A DNA stretch of 64,000 nt from an uncultured Gemmatimonadaceae bacterium (GTDB taxonomy: Bacteria; Gemmatimonadota; Gemmatimonadetes; Longimicrobiales; RSA9). Below the pieces are notes generated by a model. It made no database searches. It saw only the letters and a program-made list of their open reading frames with translations, and was not told the DNA's origin. A program made the translations under genes and the position numbers. The stretch is taken from the NCBI GenBank assembly GCA_964416095.1, contig CAYQCY010000002.1, positions 24,671 to 88,670 of the forward strand. Direction: 5' to 3'. Below, in pieces: positions 1 to 13,182 of the stretch (within the stretch, counting starts at the first letter, position 1; every line of letters begins with the position of its first letter).

Positions 1-2
1 GC

Positions 3-2081
3 GTGCTGGTGGGCATCGCCGGGCTCCGTTCCGCCGAATGCGGGTGCCTGTCCGCCCTCCCCGACGGCGCTCGCGTCGGCGTGTTCGGGGTCATGGCCGG
101 CGCTCCCCTTCCGGACGCATCCGTGCCGTTTCTGCTGCGGGGATTCACGGAGGTTCCCACTGCCCGCTGCCACGAGTACGTTCGCGCCCGGCTCTCGGAC
201 CGGGCCGTAGCCGCCGGCGTCGAGGTGCGTGCCACGGGGCTGTGGCTGCAGACACCCGACCGGGGTCCCTGGCCACGGCCCACGCTCCGGACCGGGACGC
301 TCGTTCTCGAGGACATCGTACCCACCGGCGAACGGGGCGACCTGTTGCTGCGCACGCGGGGCGGGCTCCAACTGCGCATGCGCCGGCTCTTCGGGCACAG
401 GGCGCCGCTGGCCGAGGCGTTGCTCCTGGCCCGGAAGGAGGGGCTGGATCCGGAGCGCAGGGAGCGGTTCGCGCGGGCCGGGCTGAGTCACGTGCTGGCC
501 ATCTCCGGGCTCCACGTGGCGATCATCTTCGGCTTGGCCGTGAGTCTCGGAGCGATGACCGGAGTCGGCCGCACCGCCGTGTACGTCGTGGCAGGCCTGT
601 TGACGCTGGGATACGTGGCGTTCCTGGGTGCTCCCCACTCCGCCGTCCGGGCGACGCTCATGATCCTTCTCTTCGTCGTCGCCCGCATCCTCCAGCGCCC
701 CGCCGATCCCTTCGCCCTCCTGGCCGCCGCCGCAGCGGCGATCCTGGTCCTGGATCCCTTCGGCATCCTGGATGTGGGCTTTCAGCTCAGCTTCGCCGGC
801 GCCGTCGGCATCGTTGCCCTGAGGGGCTCGTTGCGGACGCGCCTGGCCCGACTGCCCGGCCCGATCCGGGACGGGCTCGTCACCGGCGTAGCTGCGACCC
901 TCGCGACGGCGCCGGTGGCGGCGTTCCATTTCGGTCGGGTCGCGCCCATCGGCGTCCTGTCCAACCTGGTGGCGATCCCGCTCCTGGGTCTGGCCGTGCC
1001 GGCAACGGCCCTGGCGGTCATGACGGATGTGGTCAGCCATGGGCCGGGACAGTTCCTGGCGGGTGGTGCCGGCGTCCTGCTCGGGCTCCTGGACGCCACG
1101 GCGGGCGTCGCGGGTGCCGTTCCTTTCGGCCACGCCTATGTGCCCCGGGGCACGGCCCTGGCCCTGGGCCTGGCCGGGTTGACGGCGGTCGCGGTGGCTC
1201 GCGGGACCCGCTTCACGCCGCGACGGATGGCCGTGGCCCTGCTTCTGGCGGCCTGGCTGGTCACGGGCCAGCGGGCGGCGCCGGGACGGAACGGATCCGT
1301 GGAGGTCCACGCCATCGACGTAGGGCAGGGCGATGCCATCGCCGTCCGATCACCACGGGGGCGCTGGATTCTGGTGGATGCGGGGCCCCGATCCGAAGAC
1401 TGGGACGCCGGCCGTGCGCGGGTCGTGCCGTACCTCCTGGAACGGGGCGTAGATCGGCTGGAGGCCCTCGTCCTGACCCACCCGGACGGCGACCACGTGG
1501 GCGGCGCGGCCGCCGTCCTCGAGGCGCTGTCGGTGGGCGCCGTCCTCGACCCGGGCCGCGCCACCGGCAAGCCGCTGTACCTGGAGCTGCTGGGGACGGC
1601 AAAGACCCGGGAGACGCGGTGGTTCGCCGCCCGGGCCGGACGCCGCCTGGAGCTGGACGGCGTCACCGTCCAGCTGCTCTATCCCGAAGCCGGCTCGCTT
1701 GACGCAAGTGAAAGCGCGAACGACATTTCGGTAGTGGTACGGCTGGAGTATGGCGCATTCTCCGCGCTGCTGATGGGGGACGCGCCGGCGGCCGTCGAGC
1801 AGTATCTTGTCGCCAGGCACGGGACGGCGCTGGAGGCCGAGCTGGTGAAGGTGGGACACCACGGGAGCGGGACGTCCACCACGGCGGCGCTGCTGGATGC
1901 CGCTACGCCGAGCGTGGCGCTCATACCCGTGGGGCGCCGGAACCGCTATGGCCATCCCCATCCCGGAGTCCTGGACCGCCTGCAGCGACGGTCGATCCGG
2001 ATCCTGCGGACGGACCGGAACGGATCCGTCGTGGTCCGGGGCTTGCTGGACGGTACGATCGAGGTCGAGACGACACGCTGA
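3..2081 (+). CDS. comEC: ComEC/Rec2 DNA-internalization competence protein (5' end outside window)
   Basis: ORF open to the window edge. Polytopic membrane region with LSHVLAISGLHVAII competence motif. C-terminal metallo-beta-lactamase motifs HAIDVGQGDA, LTHPDGDHVGG, KVGHHGS. Confidence 0.88.
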   Translation: MLVGIAGLRSAECGCLSALPDGARVGVFGVMAGAPLPDASVPFLLRGFTEVPTARCHEYVRARLSDRAVAAGVEVRATGLWLQTPDRGPWPRPTLRTGTLVLEDIVPTGERGDLLLRTRGGLQLRMRRLFGHRAPLAEALLLARKEGLDPERRERFARAGLSHVLAISGLHVAIIFGLAVSLGAMTGVGRTAVYVVAGLLTLGYVAFLGAPHSAVRATLMILLFVVARILQRPADPFALLAAAAAAILVLDPFGILDVGFQLSFAGAVGIVALRGSLRTRLARLPGPIRDGLVTGVAATLATAPVAAFHFGRVAPIGVLSNLVAIPLLGLAVPATALAVMTDVVSHGPGQFLAGGAGVLLGLLDATAGVAGAVPFGHAYVPRGTALALGLAGLTAVAVARGTRFTPRRMAVALLLAAWLVTGQRAAPGRNGSVEVHAIDVGQGDAIAVRSPRGRWILVDAGPRSEDWDAGRARVVPYLLERGVDRLEALVLTHPDGDHVGGAAAVLEALSVGAVLDPGRATGKPLYLELLGTAKTRETRWFAARAGRRLELDGVTVQLLYPEAGSLDASESANDISVVVRLEYGAFSALLMGDAPAAVEQYLVARHGTALEAELVKVGHHGSGTSTTAALLDAATPSVALIPVGRRNRYGHPHPGVLDRLQRRSIRILRTDRNGSVVVRGLLDGTIEVETTR

Positions 2082-2120
2082 GCCCGCGGAGCGAAGTGCG
2101 GGTATCGCCCACGGTGAACC

Positions 2121-2537
2121 ATGGGCACACAGCAGGGCAGCATGGGTGGGTCCGGCGATGGACGGGACGGTCGCGAAGACGACGAGCCCCCGGCATCGAT
2201 CGCACATCATCGGCCGACGCCATTGCCCGGCGTGCGGCTCGTTCGATCACGCGCCCTCACGAGCCTCGCCGGCTGGTTGTCGGGCATGGGCGGCCCCGCC
2301 GCCGCGGTGACCCTCGGTCGGACCATCGTGCTCCGGCCCGGGGTCCGGCTTACCGACCGGCTCGTGCAGCATGAGCTGGCGCATGTGCGGCAGTGGCGGC
2401 AGCATCCCATCAGCTTTCCTCTCCGATACCTTGTCGGCCATCTCCGGTACGGCTATCACGCGAATCCATACGAGGTCGAAGCCCGGGCGTCGGAACACCC
2501 GGATCAGCGACGGGGATCCCTGGAGGTGAACGCATGA
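2121..2537 (+). CDS. small HExxH protein, DUF4157-like putative Zn-metallopeptidase core
   Basis: 138-aa ORF. GRTIVLRPG...LVQHELAHVRQW resembles the DUF4157 HExxHxxQ core. Its stop overlaps the fbp start (ATGA at 2534-2537). Start codon uncertain. Confidence 0.5.
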   Translation: MGTQQGSMGGSGDGRDGREDDEPPASIAHHRPTPLPGVRLVRSRALTSLAGWLSGMGGPAAAVTLGRTIVLRPGVRLTDRLVQHELAHVRQWRQHPISFPLRYLVGHLRYGYHANPYEVEARASEHPDQRRGSLEVNA

Positions 2538-3562
2538 CGAACACCCCGGTCATCACCATCGAGCGGCACATCATCGAGCAGGAGCGCAAGTATCCCGAAG
2601 CGACGGGCGCGTTCAGCGACATCCTGTACGACATCGCGCTGGCCGCCAAGATCATCTCCCGGGAGGTGAGCCAGGCCGGGCTTGTAGACATCCTGGGCGC
2701 CACGGACAAGACCAACGTCCACGGCGAGGTGGTGAAGAAGCTGGACGAGTACGCCGACGACGTCATCTACCGGGCCCTGGACCACACCGGTCACCTGTGC
2801 TGCATGGCGTCGGAGGAGCGCGAAGGGATCATCCCCATCCCGGACCGGTTCCCCGCGGGAAACTACGCCCTGCTGTACGACCCCCTGGACGGGTCCTCCA
2901 ACATCGACGCCAACGTCTCCATCGGGACGATCTTTTCGGTGCACCGCAAGATCTCCGACGGTGACCGCGGCACGATGGCGGACTGCCTGCAGTCGGGCCG
3001 GAAACAGGTGGCGGCGGGCTACATCGTGTACGGCTCGGCCACCATGCTGGTGTACACGGACGGACAGGGCGTGCACGGGTTCACCCTGGATCCGTCCATC
3101 GGCGAGTTCCTGCTGAGTCACCACGACATCCGGCTGCCCGACCCGCCGAAACGCATCTACAGCGTGAACGAAGGCTACTACGACCGTTGGACCCGCGGAC
3201 AGAAGGAGTTCATCAAGCGGCTCAAGGGCGTGGGCCAGGAACACGAGGCCTCGTTCTCGCTCCGCTACATCGGGTCCATGGTGGCCGACTTTCACCGGAC
3301 GCTGCTGTACGGCGGCATCTTCATGTACCCCGGCGAGATGAACCGGCCCGAGGGGAAGCTCAGACTGCTCTATGAAGGTGCGCCGTTGGGCTACGTCATG
3401 GAGCAGGCCGGTGGGCGGGCCATCGACGGCGAGCGGGACATCCTGGACATCGATCCCGAGTCCCTGCACCAGAAGACACCCATCTACATGGGCTCCAAGG
3501 AGTTCGTGGACATGGCCCAGGAGTACCTGGCCTTGGACCGGGAGCCGGCCCCGGCCGACTGA
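2534..3562 (+). CDS. fbp: fructose-1,6-bisphosphatase class 1
   Basis: MTNTPVITIERHIIEQERKYPEATGAFSDIL N-terminus and YDPLDGSSNID metal-binding motif. Internal ATG at 2534 chosen over the track's 2393 start. Confidence 0.93.
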   Translation: MTNTPVITIERHIIEQERKYPEATGAFSDILYDIALAAKIISREVSQAGLVDILGATDKTNVHGEVVKKLDEYADDVIYRALDHTGHLCCMASEEREGIIPIPDRFPAGNYALLYDPLDGSSNIDANVSIGTIFSVHRKISDGDRGTMADCLQSGRKQVAAGYIVYGSATMLVYTDGQGVHGFTLDPSIGEFLLSHHDIRLPDPPKRIYSVNEGYYDRWTRGQKEFIKRLKGVGQEHEASFSLRYIGSMVADFHRTLLYGGIFMYPGEMNRPEGKLRLLYEGAPLGYVMEQAGGRAIDGERDILDIDPESLHQKTPIYMGSKEFVDMAQEYLALDREPAPAD

Positions 3563-3587
3563 CCCGGGCTGCGTCGGCGGTGTCCGG

Positions 3588-3621
3588 CGGGGCGGAAGCT
3601 CAGTCTGCGGCTTCCGCCCCG
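3588..3621. terminator. bidirectional hairpin between convergent fbp and add
   Basis: Arms GGGGCGGAAGC (3589-3599) and GCTTCCGCCCC (3610-3620), 10-nt loop. It overlaps the add stop codon. No U-tract. Confidence 0.5.
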
Positions 3622-4657
3622 TCGTCGTATTCGATGGTGAGCCGCCGGATCTCGGCGTCCACGTCCGTCAGGAGCTCGAGCCGTTCCTGGTGGGGCAGGA
3701 AGGCGCTCTCGAAGCCCATGCGCGCCACGCGCGTGAGGTCGTCCCAGGTGAAGCTCAGGTGGTGGTGGGCACGCCAGTACTCGTCGGTGACGGTGGTGCC
3801 GCTCATGAGGCGGTTGTCCGTGTTGAGCGTCACCACGATCCCCTCGTCGTAGTAGAGGCGAACGGGGTGTTCGGCGAAGGAGGGAACCGCCTGGGTCTGG
3901 ACGTTGCTGGTGAGGCAGATCTCGAGAGGGACCCGGAAGTCGTTCACGTACTGCATGAGGTCCTCGTCCTCGAAAAGCCGGGTCCCGTGGCCGATGCGCC
4001 GGGCGTTGCAGTGGTGCAGCGCTTCATGGATGGACTCGGGGCCGTACGCCTCGCCGGCGTGGATCGTGGCGGCGACGTTGGCGTTGCCCACCGTGTAGAA
4101 CGCCTCCCTGTGCTTGCGCGCCGGGTAATTGTACTCGGCCCCGGCGAGATCGAAGGCGACGACGCCCCGGTTCTTGAAGGCTACGGTCAGATCGGCCAGG
4201 TCCCTGGACGTCTCCGGGCTCATGTTCCGGATGCCGCAGATGATGACGCCGGTCCGGATCCCGTACACTTCTTCGGCCCGGCGCAGGCCCCGCAGGGGCG
4301 CCTCGACGGCCGCTTCCAGGTCCAGGCCCTCCAGGACGTTGAGGACCGGTGAGTAGCGGACCTCCATGTACCGGACGTTCTCCCTCGCGGCGTCTTCGGC
4401 CAGCTCGAACGCGATGCGCTCCAGGGCCGGCGCCGTCTGCATGACGGACAGCGTGATGTCGAACCGTTCCAGGTAGTCCACCAGGTCCCGGGCGTTCCGG
4501 ACGTGCATGAGGCCCGCGAGAGCCTGGGGGTCCGTGGAAGGGATCTTCTTGCCGTACTCCTTCGCCAGCTCGATCAGGGTTTCGGGTCGGACCGATCCGT
4601 CCAGGTGGACGTGGAGATCCGTCTTGGGCAGGCGCTCGAGGCGCTCGCGGGTGACGG

Positions 4658-4664
<7 letters not shown>
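3600..4664 (-). CDS. add: adenosine deaminase
   Basis: LPKTDLHVHLDGSVRPETLIELAKEYG and full-length deaminase-like sequence. ATG at 4664 overlaps the upstream gene's stop (4658). The track ORF extends to 5078, which looks like a spurious Arg/Pro-rich extension. Confidence 0.9.
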
Positions 4665-7908
<3,244 letters not shown>

Positions 7909-7912
<4 letters not shown>

Positions 7913-10623
7913 GCACCGGCGCCCACCTCCTCCGCTTCCTCTTCCGGCTTCCCGGCGTATTCATCGTCCGGCTCACGCTCCACGCCCTTCTCTTCGAGAG
8001 CGGCGTGCGCCGCCGCCAGTCGGGCCACCGGCACCCGGAACGGTGAGCACGAGACGTAGTCCAGGCCGGTACGGTGGAAGAACGCCACCGATCGAGGCTC
8101 GCCGCCGTGCTCCCCGCAGATGCCCACCTTCAGGGTCGGCTTGGCTTCGCGCCCTTCCCGGGTCGCCAGCTCCACCAGCCTGCCGACGCCGGCCTCATCC
8201 AGGACCTGGAAGGGGTCGTGCTCGAGGATCCCCTCCTCCACGTACCGCGGCAGGAAGTCGCCCGCGTCGTCGCGGGATATGCCGAAGGTGGTCTGGGTCA
8301 GGTCGTTCGTGCCGAAGGAGAAGAAATCCGCTTCCTCGGCGATGCGCCCGGCCATGAGCGCCGCCCGGGGCAGCTCGATCATGGTGCCCACGAGGAAGGA
8401 GACCTCGTAGCCCTGCTCCTGGAACACCTGCGCGGCCGCGTCGCGGATGAGGCACGCCTGGGTCTCCAGCTCCGCCGCGTCACTGACCAGGGGGACCATG
8501 ATCTCCGGCTGCACGTCCACGCCATCCCGGGAGGCCGCCACGGCCGCCTCGAAGAGGGCCCGGGCCTGCATCTGCGTGATCTCCGGGAGCGACATGCCCA
8601 GCCGGGCGCCCCGGTGTCCGAGCATGGGGTTCGCCTCCCGGTGCCGCTCCACCTCGTGGCGGACCGCATCCGTTTCCACGCCGGCCCGCTCCGCGAGCTC
8701 CCGCACCTCGTCCTCGCCCAGGGGCAGGAACTCGTGCAGCGGGGGGTCCAGGAGCCGGATGGTGACCGGGAGCCCGTCCATGGCCCGGAAGATCCCCTCG
8801 AAGTCGGCACGCTGCATGGGCAGGAGCTGCTCGAGGGCCCGCTTCCGCGCCCCCTCGCTTTCCAGCACGATCATCTCCCGGATCGCCCAGATGCGGTCGC
8901 CCTCGAAGAACATGTGCTCCGTGCGGCACAGACCGATTCCCTGCGCTCCGAACTCCCGGGCGGTCTTTGCGTCCTCCGGCGTGTCGGCGTTGGTGCGGAC
9001 CCCGAGGCGCCGGTGCTTGTCCGTCCATTCCATGAGCCGCTCGAACTCGGCGGACATGGTCGGCTCCACGAGAGGGACCCGATCCTTCATGATCCGGCCC
9101 GTCGCCCCGTCGATGGTGATGCAGTCCCCGCGCCGGACCTCCACGCCATCCGCCGTGAACATGCCTTCTTCGTAGTCCACCCGCACGCCGCCGGCGCCCA
9201 CCACGCAGGGCTTGCCCATGCCCCGGGCGACCACCGCCGCGTGGGAGGTCATACCGCCCCGCGTCGTCAGGATGCCCCTGGCCGCGACCATACCGGAGAA
9301 GTCGTCCGGCGAGGTCTCCTTGCGCACCAGGATGACGTCTCTGCCTCGGCTCGCTTCCTCCTCCGCCTCGGAGGCCGCGAAGACCACGCGCCCCGACGCG
9401 GCGCCCGGCGAGGCGGGCAGCCCCTCGCTGATGATCTCGTACTCGGCTTCCGGGTCCAGGCGGGGATGCAGGAGCTGCACGACCTGCTCCGGCTGGGTCC
9501 GGAGCAAGGCCGTGGTCTCGTCGATCAGGCCTTCGTCGACCATGTCCACCGCGATCTTCACGGCGGCGGCGGCCGTCCGCTTCCCGGTTCGCGTCTGGAG
9601 CAGGAAGAGACGGCCACGCTCCACGGTGAACTCCAGGTCCTGCACGTCGCGGTAGTGCTGCTCCAGCGTATTCTGGACCTGCAGCAGCTCCGTGTACGCC
9701 TCGGGCAGGAGGTTCTCCATCTCCTCGATAGAGACGGGGTCCCGGATCCCCGCCACCACGTCCTCGCCCTGGGCGTTCAGGAGGAACTCGCCGAAGAACT
9801 TCTTCTCCCCGGTGCCCGGGTGACGTGTGAACGCCACGCCCGTGCCCGAATCATCGCCCATGTTGCCGTAGGCCATGGCCATCACCGTCACGGCGGTGCC
9901 CAGGTCGGCCGAAATCCCGTTCACGCGCCGATAGTCGATGGCGCGCTGGTTGTTCCAGGAATCGAAGACGGCCCGGATGGCGCCCCACAACTGGTCGATG
10001 GGGTCCTGGGGGAAGGGTTCGCCGGACTGGTGCTCCACGAGCTTCTTGAAAGCGACGACGAGCCGTTCCAGCGCCTCCGCCGAGAGCTCCGTCTCGTGCT
10101 CGACCTGGTTCTTGGCCTTCTTGTCCCGGAGCAGCCGCTCGAACTTGTCCGCGTCGATGCCGAGGACGACATCGCCGTACATCTGCACGAGGCGGCGATA
10201 GGAGTCGAAGGCGAAGCGGCGGTCGTTCGCCGCGCGGGCGAGCCCTTCCACCGTCTCGTCGTTCAGGCCCAGGTTCAGGATCGTGTCCATCATGCCGGGC
10301 ATGGAGATGGCGGCTCCGCTGCGGACGGAGACGAGGAGAGGGTCTCTGCCGTCGCCGAAGGAGCGCCCGATGTTCTTCTCGAGGCGCTTCATGGCGGAGT
10401 GGACCTCGTCCTCAAGCCCTCCCGGCAGGTCCCCGGTCTTCATGTAGCGGCGGCACGCGTCGGTGGTGATCGTGAATCCCGGGGGCACCGGTACGCCGAT
10501 CCTGGTCATCTCGGCCAGGTTGGCGCCTTTGCCACCCAGGAGGCGCTTGTCCTCCTTGCCGCCTTCGGCGTCGCCGTCAGCGAAGTAGTAGACGAATTTT
10601 TCGGACCTGCTCGATGTCCCCAC
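7909..10623 (-). CDS. ppdK: pyruvate, phosphate dikinase
   Basis: GGKGANLAEM, the phosphohistidine region TRGGMTSHAAVVARGMGKPCV, and GLCRTEHMF. 904 aa, GTG start. Confidence 0.95.
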
Positions 10624-10653
10624 GATGCCTCCTCTAGCCTCGAAGCCGGCCGT

Positions 10654-12033
10654 TCAACTCGACGAAACGACGGGAAACCCCTCTTCCAGGTCCACCAGCG
10701 GCGCCTGGTAGTCGCCGGAGAAGCACGCGTCGCAGAACGGCCCGTACTCCGCGACCGCCGCCTTCATGCCGTCCAGCGACAGGTAGCCCAGGGATTCGAC
10801 GTCCAGGGCGGTCCGGATCTCCTCGACCGTCCTGGAGGAGCCCATGAGCTCTTCCTTGGTCGGCATGTCGATGCCGTAGTAGCAGGGGTGGCGCACCGGC
10901 GGACTCGCGATTCGCAGATGCACTTCCCGTGCCCCGTTCTCACGGATCATCCGGACCAGGCCCATGCTCGTGGTGCCGCGGACCAGGGAGTCGTCCACTA
11001 CGACGACACGCCTCCCTTCCAGCAGCTCCCGCACCGGGTTGTACTTGATCCGTACCCGGAGGTCCCGGCCGGCCTGCGTGGGATGGATGAACGTGCGCCC
11101 CACGTAGTGGTTCCGGATCAGGCCCAGCTCGTACGGGATGCCGGATTCCTCGGCGTAGCCCAGCGCGGCGGAGTTGGACGAGTCCGGCACGCTGATCACG
11201 CAATCCGCTTCCGCCTGCTGTTCCCGGGCAAGCTGCCGGCCGAACGCCCTGCGGGCCCGGTCCACGCTCACGCCCCAGAGCCGCGAGTCGGGTCGGGCGA
11301 AGTAGACCAGCTCGAAGATGCACGGCGCCCGGCGGTGCTCCGGGCCCACGCTGGGCAGAGCGGTCACCTGGCCATCCTCGATCTTGATCATCTCGCCGGG
11401 GTCCAGGTCCCGCATGAGCTCGGCGTGAAGGATGTCCAGGGCGCAGGTCTCGCTGGCAACCACGTACCCGTCGTCCCGCCGCCCCAGCACGAGCGGCCGG
11501 AACCCCCACGGGTCCCGGGCCGCGTACAGCACGTCGCCGATGGTGATGATGACGGAGAAGGCTCCCTGGAGCCGGGACAGTGCCTCGGCGATCTGCTCCT
11601 CCGCCGTGGGACAGCGGGACCGGGCGATGAGGTGGACCATCACCTCCGTGTCGATGGTGGCCTGGAACAGGGCACCTTCCTCCACGAGCTCCCGCCGGAG
11701 AACCTGTGCGTTCGTCAGATTGCCGTTGTGGACCAGGGCCATGTCGCCGTTCCGGTAGCGAGCGACCAGCGGTTGCGCGTTCTCCAGTCCGGCACCGCCC
11801 GCCGTGGAATAGCGCGTATGGCCCAGGGCCGTACGCCCCGGCAGGGAGCCGAGCGTCGCGTCATCGAAGACCTCGGAGACGCTGCCGCGGTCCTTCCGCA
11901 CGGCGATGGACCCATCGGACCGGACCGCGCTGATGCCGGCGGCCTCCTGGCCCCGGTGCTGCAGGGCGTACAGCCCCATGAACGCTGCTTCCGCGGCGGG
12001 CTCGATCCCCGTCACGCCCACGATTCCACACAT
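10654..12033 (-). CDS. purF: amidophosphoribosyltransferase
   Basis: N-terminal catalytic Cys (MCGIVGV), glutamine amidotransferase class II and PRTase regions. Confidence 0.95.
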   Translation of the reverse strand: MCGIVGVTGIEPAAEAAFMGLYALQHRGQEAAGISAVRSDGSIAVRKDRGSVSEVFDDATLGSLPGRTALGHTRYSTAGGAGLENAQPLVARYRNGDMALVHNGNLTNAQVLRRELVEEGALFQATIDTEVMVHLIARSRCPTAEEQIAEALSRLQGAFSVIITIGDVLYAARDPWGFRPLVLGRRDDGYVVASETCALDILHAELMRDLDPGEMIKIEDGQVTALPSVGPEHRRAPCIFELVYFARPDSRLWGVSVDRARRAFGRQLAREQQAEADCVISVPDSSNSAALGYAEESGIPYELGLIRNHYVGRTFIHPTQAGRDLRVRIKYNPVRELLEGRRVVVVDDSLVRGTTSMGLVRMIRENGAREVHLRIASPPVRHPCYYGIDMPTKEELMGSSRTVEEIRTALDVESLGYLSLDGMKAAVAEYGPFCDACFSGDYQAPLVDLEEGFPVVSSS

Positions 12034-12091
12034 CGTCGTCTAATCTTCCGAAACGGGTTTTCGGAGTCTCTCGTTTGGCCGGCTCGCCGAT

Positions 12092-12238
12092 TCAGGCACC
12101 CTGGACCAGCCTCGCGACCACCGCCGCAGCCACGAGGAAGTAGCCGGACAGCCACCAGCGCCAGCTCCGGCGCCACACGCCGGCGCCGAAGGCGAGGAGG
12201 CCGAGCACGCCCAGGATGATGACCGCCGGCGACCCCAC
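12092..12238 (-). CDS. hypothetical 48-aa two-helix membrane peptide (below ORF-track cutoff)
   Basis: Hand translation from GTG 12238: VGSPAVIILGVLGLLAFGAGVWRRSWRWWLSGYFLVAAAVVARLVQGA*. It starts 1 nt after the purC stop codon (12240-12242). GC-rich third positions. Two hydrophobic segments split by an RRSWRWW loop. Confidence 0.35.
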   Translation of the reverse strand: MGSPAVIILGVLGLLAFGAGVWRRSWRWWLSGYFLVAAAVVARLVQGA

Positions 12239-12239
12239 G

Positions 12240-13181
12240 TCACGCCTCCTGCCCACCCACAGGGAACCCATCCAGCTCGTACCCGGTGAGGAGCCGGAAG
12301 ATGCGCAGGTAGCGCTCCGTCGTGGCAGCCACCACCTCCGGCGGCAGCTCCGGGGCCGGCGGGGTCTTGTCCCAGGCGCCTTCCCGCGTCAGCCCTTCCA
12401 GGTAGTCCCGCACGGGCTGCTTGTCCAGGGAGGGCTGGGACCGGCCCACCTCGTAGTGCTCCTTAGGCCAGAACCGGGAAGAGTCCGGGGTCATGACCTC
12501 GTCGATGAGCAGGACGGTCCCGTCCGCCAGGCGGCCGAACTCGTACTTCGTGTCCGCCAGGATGATGCCCGCGTCGTCGGCGATGTCCCGACCGCGGCGG
12601 TACAGCGCCAGACTCGTGCTCTCGAGATGCTCCGCCAGCTCGGGCCCGATGCGCCGCCGGACCGTCTCGAACGTGATGTTCTCGTCGTGCCCGGACTCGG
12701 CCTTCGTGGCCGGCGAGAAGATGGGCTCCTCCAGCCGGGCACCCTCCTCCAGGCCTTCGGGCAGGGGCTCTCCGGCCAGCGTCCGGCTGTGCCGGTACTC
12801 GGCCCAGGCCGACCCGGCGATGTAGCCGCGCACCACGCACTCGACGGGAATCGTCTCGGCCCTCCGCACGAGCATGGCCCGACCACCCCAGATGGACCGG
12901 GTATCCGCCAGGCCCGGGACCGCCCCGGTGATCGTGTCCGGGTCGGCCGAGATCAGGTGGTTCGGTGTCAGGTCCGCCAACCGGGCAAGCCACCACGCCG
13001 TGATCTGGGTGAGCACCTCGCCCTTGCAAGGGATGGCCGGCGACAGCACGACGTCGAAGGCGCTGATCCGGTCGGTGGCGACCAGCAGCAGCCGGTCCTG
13101 ACCGACGTCGTAGATGTCCCGGACCTTGCCTCGGGTGAGGAGGGGGAAGGGAAGCTCGGTTTCGGCGATGGCGTCGGGCAC
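12240..13181 (-). CDS. purC: phosphoribosylaminoimidazole-succinocarboxamide synthase
   Basis: LPFPLLTRGKVRDIYDVGQDRLLLVATDRISAFDVVL. GTG 13181 lies directly after the purB stop (13183-13185). The track's longer ORF overlaps purB. Confidence 0.9.
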   Translation of the reverse strand: MPDAIAETELPFPLLTRGKVRDIYDVGQDRLLLVATDRISAFDVVLSPAIPCKGEVLTQITAWWLARLADLTPNHLISADPDTITGAVPGLADTRSIWGGRAMLVRRAETIPVECVVRGYIAGSAWAEYRHSRTLAGEPLPEGLEEGARLEEPIFSPATKAESGHDENITFETVRRRIGPELAEHLESTSLALYRRGRDIADDAGIILADTKYEFGRLADGTVLLIDEVMTPDSSRFWPKEHYEVGRSQPSLDKQPVRDYLEGLTREGAWDKTPPAPELPPEVVAATTERYLRIFRLLTGYELDGFPVGGQEA

Positions 13182-13182
13182 G

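Noticed and set aside
8074-12219. Very long antisense or alternative-frame ORFs. Examples: 1381 aa at 8074-12219 opposite ppdK and purF; 5642-8059; 33095-35173; 36081-38312; 36194-38812; 38571-40511; 40133-42490; 43837-45357.
   Set aside because: Their products are Arg/Pro/Gly/His-rich low-complexity strings. Each lies exactly opposite or out of frame to a gene with clear family motifs. In a ~70% GC genome with G/C-ending codons, stop codons are rare in shadow frames, so these are expected artefacts.
12040-12243. Track ORF of 67 aa between purC and purF.
   Set aside because: Implausible Ser/Arg/Trp-rich sequence. A different frame on the same strand gives a coherent two-helix membrane peptide (12092-12238).
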